Below are positions 44,908 to 52,215 of a stretch of 64,000 nt of DNA, in pieces (the first letter of the stretch is position 1; every line of letters starts with the position of its first letter). The notes beneath the pieces are model-generated. The model did no database searches. It saw only the letters and a list, made by a program, of their open reading frames with translations, and was not told the DNA's origin. Where the stretch lies: contig CADEFD010000005.1 in the NCBI GenBank assembly GCA_902826515.1, positions 9,690-73,689 on the forward strand, written 5' to 3'. Source of the stretch: an uncultured Acidobacteriota bacterium. Its GTDB lineage: Bacteria > Acidobacteriota > Vicinamibacteria > Vicinamibacterales > UBA2999. A program made the translations under genes and the position numbers.

Positions 44908-45741
44908 TCAGCGCCGCGGCACGAGTCGCACTTCGCCGGCCGGCGGGTCGATGAAGATGGATGTGAAGAGGGTGGCCGGCAGCAGCCCGTCGCCCGTCCG
45001 TGGCTGCGAGGCCGACACCAGCCGCACCGTGGGCACGGCGCCGAGCGGCAGCCCGGCCAGCGAGAGCTGCGCGCGTCCCGCGCGTGCGGCCACGCCGCCA
45101 CCGGCGGTGCCGAGTGTCACGGCCTCGCCGCGCACCTCAGGGTCGAAGACCACGACGGCTTCGGCACCGGTATCGAGCACGAGCTGGCGTGGCCGGCCAT
45201 CGACCCGCGCCTCGATCACGAACCGGCCGCCGGTCTCGCGGACCGGTACGCGCACGCCGCGCACGCCGCGTGCGTCATCCGCGGCCACGAAGGTGAGCAG
45301 CCCCGCGGCGAGGTCGATCAGCACGCGGTCGCCGCCGAGCGCGTCCATGCCGAGGATGCCGTCGATCTCGGGGTCGCGGCCCAGTGCCGCGAGGTCGGCC
45401 ACCACCACGGGGAACGCCCGCCGCACCCGCTCGCCGAGGTGGAGCGCCGGCAGAATCGCCTCGCCCACCTCGACCATACCGGCGGGTGTGAGCAGCCGCC
45501 GGCCCGGCATCACGACGAGTCCGGCGCGCCGCGCCGCCGCATCGGCCAGCACCGTGTGGGAGCTGCCGGTATCGATCAGGAAGTGCCAGGGGCGCCCTGC
45601 GGGGTCCGCGTGCACGGGCGCCGTCCAGAGCCCGCCGCCGGTGCGGGTGAGCGACACGCCGCGTCCCGCGGCGCCGACGCGCGGGGCGGCGGTGACGGAC
45701 GCGAGTGCGACGAGCAGACAGAGCGCGGTGCCGTGGGCCAT
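44908..45741 (-). CDS. Secreted retropepsin-like (clan AA) aspartyl protease with two DTG lobes
   Basis: Signal peptide MAHGTALCLLVALASVTAAP. Two catalytic-type motifs in one 277-aa chain: FLIDTGSSHTVL and LVLDTGAEAVVV. ILGMDAL flap-like segment. Confidence 0.7.
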   Translation of the reverse strand: MAHGTALCLLVALASVTAAPRVGAAGRGVSLTRTGGGLWTAPVHADPAGRPWHFLIDTGSSHTVLADAAARRAGLVVMPGRRLLTPAGMVEVGEAILPALHLGERVRRAFPVVVADLAALGRDPEIDGILGMDALGGDRVLIDLAAGLLTFVAADDARGVRGVRVPVRETGGRFVIEARVDGRPRQLVLDTGAEAVVVFDPEVRGEAVTLGTAGGGVAARAGRAQLSLAGLPLGAVPTVRLVSASQPRTGDGLLPATLFTSIFIDPPAGEVRLVPRR

Positions 45742-45850
45742 GGTGCCCCACGGTGCGCCGCGCCGCCCCGCCGCGTCGTGACGCGGGGCGACGGCAGCCG
45801 CGCGGAAATGATGTGGAAGTGGTGATGAGGCCGAAACCGGCCGGAATTCG

Positions 45851-47983
45851 CTACCGCGTGCGGGTCGCCGGCGGCAGCTCGACCAGATACAAGGTGCCGC
45901 GGACGTCCGTCCGGTCGTAGGCGATGAGGTCGCCGCGCGGCGACCACGACGGATACCGCGTGGTCACTTCCGGGTCGGTTTCCGTGATGACCGGCGTGCG
46001 CGCCCCGGTCGCCGGGTCGAGCGTCTCGATGTTCCACACCCCGCGGTCACCGAGCGTGGAGAGCGCCACGCGCCGGCCATCCGGCGAGAAGGCTCCCGGC
46101 CAGAACTGGCCGATGGCTGGCGACACACGGCGCGCCGTGCCGGTCGCGACCTCGCCGAGATACATCGGCATGTGCGCGCCTTCCTTCTTCTCGAGCGCGA
46201 GCTGCCGGCCGTCGGGCGACCACACCGGAAACGCGTAGCCGTCGAAGAGCGGCCAGACGCCGAACGTGCCGCGCGACAGCGACCCGCGGCCCACCGTGTT
46301 GAGCGGCTCCCCGAGCGTGGCCACCACCGTGTCGCCGTCCGGGGCGACCCGGGGGAACGTGGCGGCTTCGGGCAGCGGCAGCCGCTCGGTGACGACGCCG
46401 GTCTCGAGGTCCGCCTCGACCAGATACGGCGAGAGTCCGATGCGGCGCATGGCGAAGAGCCGCCGGTTGCTCTGCCATGTGGGATACAACACGCGGCGCC
46501 CGCCGGAGAGGACGGACCGGTCGTTGGCGCCGTCGACGTCCATCACGCGGATCTCGGCGCCCGTGTCGTAGGCGATGCGACGGCCGTCGGGCGAGATGGC
46601 CGGGTGCCCGCCGGGACGGAGCTGTCGAGGGGCGCCGGCGGGTGCGCCGGCGCTCGTCACCGGCACGGTCCAGATGTGCTGGCGAGGCCGGATGAGCACG
46701 AGGGCCGCCAGCCGTCCGCCCGGCGCGATCGAGACCGCGCGCGCGGCCTCCGGCAGCGACGGAATGACGACGTCGGCGGCGAGCGGTGCTCCCGTGGCCT
46801 GGTCGCCGACGCCGACGCGGACCAGGCGGTTGCCGGCCAGGGGCCACTCGACCACCCACGCCGACACGCCCGTGGGGCCCGGCGTCAACTGCCGCACGTG
46901 ATAGGTCCAGCTGTCGGCGCGCTTGGTCAGCAGGCCGTCGCGCACACGCACGGACCAGAAGTCGATGGGCCCGTTGCGCGAGGACGCGAAGTAGATCTGC
47001 GTGCCGTCGGGCGACCACAGCGGCTGCCAGTGGCCGCCGGGCGGATCGCCGGCCCGCGTGAGCGGGCGCGCCTCACCTCCGCTGGCCGGCACGATCATGA
47101 TGTGTGACCCGGGCTGCGCCCACTCGCTGACCCACTCGTCGGTCTGGAACGCGATCCACTCGCCATCGGGCGACCAGGCCGGACGGGAGCCCGTGGCGGC
47201 CACCTGGCGCGCCGCCCCGCCGTCGCGGCCGATCACCCAGATGCCGCGGCGCAGCGACGAGTGATAGGCGATCGAGGCGGAATCCGGCGACCACACGGGA
47301 TGCACGTTGCGCATGCCGTCGGCGGTGACGGGGCGCGAGGTGCCCGTGCGCAGGTCGCGCACGGCGATCTCGAAATCGCCGGTGCCGTCGGAGACCACCG
47401 CCAGCCACCGCCCGTCGGGCGAAAACGTCGCGGCGAGCACCGAGCCGCCGGCGTCGATGGCGGTGAGCCCGCCGGCCTCGGGCCGGGCGTCCGCCCGGCG
47501 TCCCGCCACCATCCAGAGCGCGGCGCCGACACATGCCGCGAGCGCCACGAGCGTGGCGATGACGGCGCGGCGTCGTGGCGCCGGCCGCAGCTCAGCCGGC
47601 GCGGAGGCCGGAGCCGCGGCCACCACGACCGGGGGCGGCACCGGCACGGCGTCGGACGCGTCGGACGCGGGTTCGTGGCGCACGTCCGCGATGAAGCGAT
47701 ACCCGCGCGTGGGCACCGTCTCGATGAGGCGCGGCGCGGTGGCATCGTCGCCGAGCTCGCGCCGCAACTGCGCGATGACGCGCGTCACGGCGTTCGGCGT
47801 GACGGCCACGTCGGCCCACACGCCGTCGAGGATTTCGTCCTTGGTGACGAGCCGGCCGGGGCGCTCGACGAGGAACCGCAGCACCTCGATCGCTTTCGGC
47901 TCGAGGGCGAGCCGGCGGCCGTTCCTCGTGACGTCGAACCGCTCGACGTCCAGCGCAACATCGGCGAAACGGTATCTGGACAC
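45851..47983 (-). CDS. Membrane-anchored one-component regulator: OmpR/CadC-type winged-helix domain + TM + TolB-like (PD40) beta-propeller
   Basis: GTG start. YRFADVALDVERFDVTRNGRRLALEPKAIEVLRFLVERPGRLVTKDEILDGVW...TVPTRGYRF. TM segment AVIATLVALAACVGAALWMVA. Repeated motifs SPDGRxxA..., WSPDG.... Confidence 0.8.
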   Translation of the reverse strand: MSRYRFADVALDVERFDVTRNGRRLALEPKAIEVLRFLVERPGRLVTKDEILDGVWADVAVTPNAVTRVIAQLRRELGDDATAPRLIETVPTRGYRFIADVRHEPASDASDAVPVPPPVVVAAAPASAPAELRPAPRRRAVIATLVALAACVGAALWMVAGRRADARPEAGGLTAIDAGGSVLAATFSPDGRWLAVVSDGTGDFEIAVRDLRTGTSRPVTADGMRNVHPVWSPDSASIAYHSSLRRGIWVIGRDGGAARQVAATGSRPAWSPDGEWIAFQTDEWVSEWAQPGSHIMIVPASGGEARPLTRAGDPPGGHWQPLWSPDGTQIYFASSRNGPIDFWSVRVRDGLLTKRADSWTYHVRQLTPGPTGVSAWVVEWPLAGNRLVRVGVGDQATGAPLAADVVIPSLPEAARAVSIAPGGRLAALVLIRPRQHIWTVPVTSAGAPAGAPRQLRPGGHPAISPDGRRIAYDTGAEIRVMDVDGANDRSVLSGGRRVLYPTWQSNRRLFAMRRIGLSPYLVEADLETGVVTERLPLPEAATFPRVAPDGDTVVATLGEPLNTVGRGSLSRGTFGVWPLFDGYAFPVWSPDGRQLALEKKEGAHMPMYLGEVATGTARRVSPAIGQFWPGAFSPDGRRVALSTLGDRGVWNIETLDPATGARTPVITETDPEVTTRYPSWSPRGDLIAYDRTDVRGTLYLVELPPATRTR

Positions 47984-48061
47984 GGGGGCTGCCGCCCATT
48001 ATCCGCGACGGGCCGCGCGCGTCGACGTCGTTGGGACGAACGTCGGGTCCAGGTGGGCAGA

Positions 48062-48131
48062 TGTAACGCCCCTGTCCCGAATGGCACGGCACGTGCGCAC
48101 GCCGCGTGCCATTCGGGACAGGGGCGTTACA
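48062..48131. repeat. Perfect inverted repeat: 27-bp arms with a 16-nt spacer
   Basis: Left arm 48062..48088 is TGTAACGCCCCTGTCCCGAATGGCACG. Right arm 48105..48131 is its exact reverse complement. The spacer is GCACGTGCGCACGCCG. It lies in the divergent intergenic region between the regulator (start 47983) and the Asp-box gene (ATG 48141). Confidence 0.95.
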
Positions 48132-48133
48132 AT
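48128..48133 (+). promoter_or_regulatory. Candidate -10 hexamer TACAAT, 7 nt before ATG 48141 (leaderless-type)
   Basis: CGTTACAATT at 48125..48134 overlaps the outer end of the right palindrome arm. No SD is present. Confidence 0.35.
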
Positions 48134-48140
48134 TGCCGCC

Positions 48141-51100
48141 ATGCGCCGACCGTTCTCGCTCGTGCTTGCCGCGGCCCTGCTGGCCGCCCTCATCCCAACG
48201 TCCGACCTGACGCGACTGCACGCGCAGTCCCCCGCAGCGTCACTCGTGCCGGCGGCGGCCTATCAGGGCATGCGCTGGCGCAACGTGGGCGCCAGCCGCG
48301 GCGGCCGCGTCACCGGCCTGGCCGGCGTGCGGCAGCAGCCGCACACCTTTTACATCGGCGCCACCGGCGGCGGCGTCTGGAAGACCGATGACGCCGGCAT
48401 CTCGTGGTTCCCCGTCGGCGACGGGCAGATCACGACCGGCTCGATCGGCTCGATCGACGTCGCCCCGTCGAGTCCCAATCACGTCTACGTGGGCACGGGT
48501 TCGGCGGCCATCCGCTCGAACGTCATCATCGGCCGCGGCGTCTTCCGCAGCACCGATGCCGGCAAGAGCTTCCAGTTCGCCGGACTGAAGGAGAGCGGCC
48601 AGATCGGCGGCATCCGCGTCCATCCGAACAACCCCGACATCGTGTGGGCGGCGGCGCTCGGGTCGCCCTTCGGCCCGACGGCCGAACGCGGCATCTTCAA
48701 GACGATCGACGGCGGCAGGACCTGGAAGAAGACGCTGTTCGTCGACAACGAACACGGCGGCCGCGACATCGAAGTCGACTGGCAGAACCCGAGCGTGCTC
48801 TACGCGGCGATTTACCGGGGCTTCCGCAAGGGCTGGGACATCGTGAGCGGCGGCCCGGCCGACAAGGGCGGCATCTACAAGTCGACCGACGGCGGCGAGA
48901 CGTGGACGAAGCTTTCGGCCGGCCTTCCCGGCAAGCTCATCGGCAAGATCGATCTCGACATCGCGCGCAGCAATCCCAACGTGCTCTACGCGATGGTCGA
49001 AGCGCCCGGCGCCGAAGGCGGGCTCTACCGCTCGAGCGACGCCGGCGCCACGTGGACGATGGTGAACAGCAGCCAGCGCCTGCGCGCCCGGCCGTTCTAC
49101 TTCAACTACGTCACCGTCAATCCGAAGAACGAGAACGAAGTGTGGGTGAACGAACTCGGCCTGCACAAGTCCACCGACGCCGGCAAGACGTTCACGAGTG
49201 TGTCAACGCCGCACGGCGACAACCACGGCATGTGGTTCAACCCCGACAATCCCGAGATCATCCTGCAGGTGAACGACGGCGGCGGCAACGTGTCGCTGAA
49301 CGGCGGCAAGAGCTGGTCGTCGATCCTCAACCAGCCGCACGCCGAGTACTACATGGTGGCGGTGGATGAACAGCACCCGTACCGCCTCTACGTGCCGCAG
49401 CAGGACAACAGCACGCTCATCATCCCGAGCAACCCGCCGGTGTCGTGGGGCCTCGACCACCCGGCCGAACTCTGGCAGCAGGCGTCGGGCTGCGAAACCG
49501 GCCAGATCTGGGCCCGCAAGGACGGCTCGGTCATCTGGGGCGCGTGCAAGGGCGAAGTGGGCCGCTACAGCGTGGCCACCGGGCAGGAGAAGCACTACTG
49601 GATCTATCCGCAGAACCGCTACGGGCAGGATCCGGACGAGATCAAGTACCGCTTCCCGCGCCAGACGGTCGTCTATCTCTCGCCGCACGACGACAAGATC
49701 GTCTACCAGGCGAGCCACGTCATCCACCGCTCGATCGACGAGGGCGTGACGTGGGACACGATCAGTCCGGACCTGACGGCGAAGGAACCCGAGTATCAGA
49801 TCATTCCGGGCACGCCGATCACGCGCGACATCACGGGGGAAGAGGTCTACAGCTCGATCTACGCGATGATCGAATCGCGCCTCGAGAAGGGCGTGATCAT
49901 GGTGGGCGCCAACGACGGCCCGGTCAGCATCACGCGCGACAACGGCAAGACCTGGAAGCGCGTGACGCCGCCAGACATGGGCCCCGGCGGCCGCATCCAG
50001 ACGGTGGAAGACAGCCCGCACGCGCGCGGCACCTTCTACATCGCCGCCTACCGCTACATGCGCGAACACGACCTGACGCCGTACATCTACAAGACCACCA
50101 ACTACGGCGAGACGTGGACGAAGCTGACCGACGGCGCCAACGGCATCCCGATCGACCACCCGACGCGTGTCGTGCGTGAAGACCCGAAGCGCCAGGGTCT
50201 GCTCTACGCCGGCACCGAGTTCGGCGCGTTCGTGTCGTTCAACGACGGCACGGCGTGGCAGCCGCTGCAGCAGAACCTCCCGGCGACGCCGGTGACCGAC
50301 ATCAAGGTGCACCGGAACGACCTCGTCATCAGCACCATGGGCCGCGGCCTGTGGATCATGGACGACGTGACGCCGCTGCAGCAGCTGGCGGCGATGTACG
50401 TCCCGGCGCCGGCGCCGGCCACGACCGCCCGCGCCGCGGCTCCGGCCGCCGCGATGCCCACGTCACTGCCGGCGGCATATCTCTTCCAGCCACAGGACGC
50501 GGTGCGCAACCGCTGGGTGCCCACGCCGCCCTCGGCGGCCGAGCCGGAGTACACGATCCCCGGTCCGCATTTCGACCTCTACTTCGCGAGCGCGCCGACT
50601 GACGCGACGCTCGAGGTGAAGGACGGCAAGGGCGCCGTCATCCGGTCGTTCGCCGTGGCCGCCCCGCGCGGCGCCGGCGCCGGTCAGGAGATGCGCGGGC
50701 CGTTCCGCCGCCTCGGCGGCTCCGCGGCCATCGAGGCGCGCGCCGGCATGCAGCGCTTCACCTGGGACATGCGCTACCCCGGTCCCTGGGCGGCGAATGC
50801 GCCGAACGGCGCCGCCGGCGGTCCACTGGCCGCGCCCGGCAAGTACACCGTGACACTCACCGCGGGCGGCCAGAGCCAGACGAAGAGCTTCGCGCTCACC
50901 GCTGATCCGCGCGTGCTGCGTGACGGCGTCACCAACCTCGATCTCGAGGCGTCGCTCGCGTTCCAGCTCAAGGTGCGCGACGGCATCAGCGACATCCGCA
51001 AGCTGGCGGACGCGGTGAACCAGGCGATGCAGAAGGCCAACGTGCGTCCGCCGGCCGCTGCGCCCGCGGGCGTGCGGCCGATGGACCTGACGTTCGACCA

Positions 51101-51302
51101 TCCGCTCCAGAAGGTGTGGACGATGCTGAACGACATGCCGGGCGCCTACCCGCAGCCGATGCTCATCAGCCAGTTCAACAACGTGCAGCGCATGATCGGC
51201 TCCGCCGACCAGAAGATCGGCAAAGACGCGATGGACCGCTTCGGCGATCTGCTGAAGGAACTGGCGGCGGTGCAGGCGGAGTTCAAGAAGGTCGGAGGCT
51301 AG
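48141..51302 (+). CDS. Secreted BNR/Asp-box repeat (sortilin/VPS10-like) beta-propeller protein (~1053 aa)
   Basis: Signal peptide MRRPFSLVLAAALLAALIPTSDL. At least 9 Asp-box motifs (SxDxGxTW) are present, including TIDGGRTWKKT, STDGGETWTKL, SSDAGATWTMV, STDAGKTFTSV, SIDEGVTWDTI, TRDNGKTWKRV and TTNYGETWTKL. The N-terminal 278 codons of ORF 47307..51302 are an antisense extension. Confidence 0.8.
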   Translation: MRRPFSLVLAAALLAALIPTSDLTRLHAQSPAASLVPAAAYQGMRWRNVGASRGGRVTGLAGVRQQPHTFYIGATGGGVWKTDDAGISWFPVGDGQITTGSIGSIDVAPSSPNHVYVGTGSAAIRSNVIIGRGVFRSTDAGKSFQFAGLKESGQIGGIRVHPNNPDIVWAAALGSPFGPTAERGIFKTIDGGRTWKKTLFVDNEHGGRDIEVDWQNPSVLYAAIYRGFRKGWDIVSGGPADKGGIYKSTDGGETWTKLSAGLPGKLIGKIDLDIARSNPNVLYAMVEAPGAEGGLYRSSDAGATWTMVNSSQRLRARPFYFNYVTVNPKNENEVWVNELGLHKSTDAGKTFTSVSTPHGDNHGMWFNPDNPEIILQVNDGGGNVSLNGGKSWSSILNQPHAEYYMVAVDEQHPYRLYVPQQDNSTLIIPSNPPVSWGLDHPAELWQQASGCETGQIWARKDGSVIWGACKGEVGRYSVATGQEKHYWIYPQNRYGQDPDEIKYRFPRQTVVYLSPHDDKIVYQASHVIHRSIDEGVTWDTISPDLTAKEPEYQIIPGTPITRDITGEEVYSSIYAMIESRLEKGVIMVGANDGPVSITRDNGKTWKRVTPPDMGPGGRIQTVEDSPHARGTFYIAAYRYMREHDLTPYIYKTTNYGETWTKLTDGANGIPIDHPTRVVREDPKRQGLLYAGTEFGAFVSFNDGTAWQPLQQNLPATPVTDIKVHRNDLVISTMGRGLWIMDDVTPLQQLAAMYVPAPAPATTARAAAPAAAMPTSLPAAYLFQPQDAVRNRWVPTPPSAAEPEYTIPGPHFDLYFASAPTDATLEVKDGKGAVIRSFAVAAPRGAGAGQEMRGPFRRLGGSAAIEARAGMQRFTWDMRYPGPWAANAPNGAAGGPLAAPGKYTVTLTAGGQSQTKSFALTADPRVLRDGVTNLDLEASLAFQLKVRDGISDIRKLADAVNQAMQKANVRPPAAAPAGVRPMDLTFDHPLQKVWTMLNDMPGAYPQPMLISQFNNVQRMIGSADQKIGKDAMDRFGDLLKELAAVQAEFKKVGG

Positions 51303-51413
51303 GGGCTACGGGCTGAGAGCTGGCGCGAACCTCGCGCCCGGCTCGCGGCAGGCGGACACACGCGGGCGGGTCTGGTGGCGCAGCCATCGGCCCGCCCGTA
51401 GTGCGTACGGGAA

Positions 51414-51431
51414 GGCGCGCGGGTGCGCGCC
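51414..51431 (-). terminator. GC-rich hairpin directly after the vapC stop (weak terminator candidate)
   Basis: GGCGCGC-gggt-GCGCGCC gives a 7-bp stem. On the minus strand it is followed only by TTCC, so there is no real U-tract. Confidence 0.3.
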
Positions 51432-51802
51432 TACCACAGCACGGGCGCGCCGTACTCGCGCAGCGCGGCGTCGCGGCTCACGAGCGTGGCGCCTTCGACG
51501 AGCGCCTGCGCCACCAGCATGCGATCGAACGGATCGGCGTGCAGGCCGGGCAGTGTCTGCAGACGCGCGGCGTGCGCGAGCGTCACCGGCAGCTCGGTGA
51601 AGTCGTCGGCCGCCACGGTGATGGCGAAGGGCTCGTCGGCCCGCAGGCGGCCGAGCGCCGTCTTGATCGCCACTTCCCAGCCGGACGCTGCACTGACCCA
51701 CACGATGTCGGCCGTGGCAATCGCGCGCCGCGCAGGACCGGACAGCCGCCGATCGTCCGTCTGCCACCAGAGCACCGCGTGGGTGTCGAGCAGCAGCTTC
51801 AC
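51431..51802 (-). CDS. vapC: PIN-domain type II toxin VapC
   Basis: MKLLLDTHAVLWW...SAASGWEVAIK...DPFDRMLVAQA, with the conserved acidic PIN residues. 4-nt overlap with the antitoxin gene. Confidence 0.9.
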   Translation of the reverse strand: MKLLLDTHAVLWWQTDDRRLSGPARRAIATADIVWVSAASGWEVAIKTALGRLRADEPFAITVAADDFTELPVTLAHAARLQTLPGLHADPFDRMLVAQALVEGATLVSRDAALREYGAPVLW

Positions 51803-52038
51803 TCGCGACCTTCGAACGCCTGGAGCAGTGAGTCAGGCAGCGGCGCGTCGAAGTCGTCGGCCATCCAGAGCGTCCCCTTCGCGCGGCCGGGACGACGCCG
51901 CACGACCGGGCGGATCGGCACGAGCTTCGCGCGGGGCTTCCCGGCCCGCGCGATGACAATTTCTTCGCCCGCTGCGGCCGCCTCCACCAGTGCCGACAGC
52001 TGTGTTTTCGCGTCGTAGATATTCACGAGACGGCCCAT
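51799..52038 (-). CDS. Phd/YefM-family type II antitoxin
   Basis: MGRLVNIYDAKTQLSALVEAAAAGEEIVIARAGKPRAKLVP is the canonical Phd/YefM N-terminus. Confidence 0.85.
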   Translation of the reverse strand: MGRLVNIYDAKTQLSALVEAAAAGEEIVIARAGKPRAKLVPIRPVVRRRPGRAKGTLWMADDFDAPLPDSLLQAFEGRE

Positions 52039-52066
52039 GCCGAACAGTGTGCGCCCGTTCCGACAG

Positions 52067-52084
52067 GTTGGTCAAGTTGGTCAA
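52067..52084 (-). promoter_or_regulatory. Tandem 9-mer (TTGACCAAC x2 on the minus strand) upstream of the antitoxin gene; candidate -35/operator
   Basis: The plus strand reads GTTGGTCAAGTTGGTCAA. The repeat lies 29..46 nt upstream of ATG 52038. Confidence 0.35.
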
Positions 52085-52215
52085 CAAGAGAATTTCTGTT
52101 CCAACACCTACCGTCGAGCTGTCTCACCTCCCTGGAAGCCGGAATGTGCGCCCCCGGTGCCGTGTTCGCCCCCTCGGGCACGGGTTTGCCAGCACTTCAC
52201 GAGGAGAGACATTGC

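Noticed and set aside
47307-48140. A 278-codon N-terminal extension of ORF 47307..51302.
   Set aside because: It overlaps the regulator gene on the opposite strand and reads through the palindrome. The signal peptide and Asp-box protein begin at ATG 48141.
51322-51338. The hairpin GGCGCGA-acc-TCGCGCC after the Asp-box gene stop, considered as an intrinsic terminator.
   Set aside because: It has a 7-bp stem but no following T-tract. GC-rich hairpins of this size are common in this sequence, so support is insufficient.
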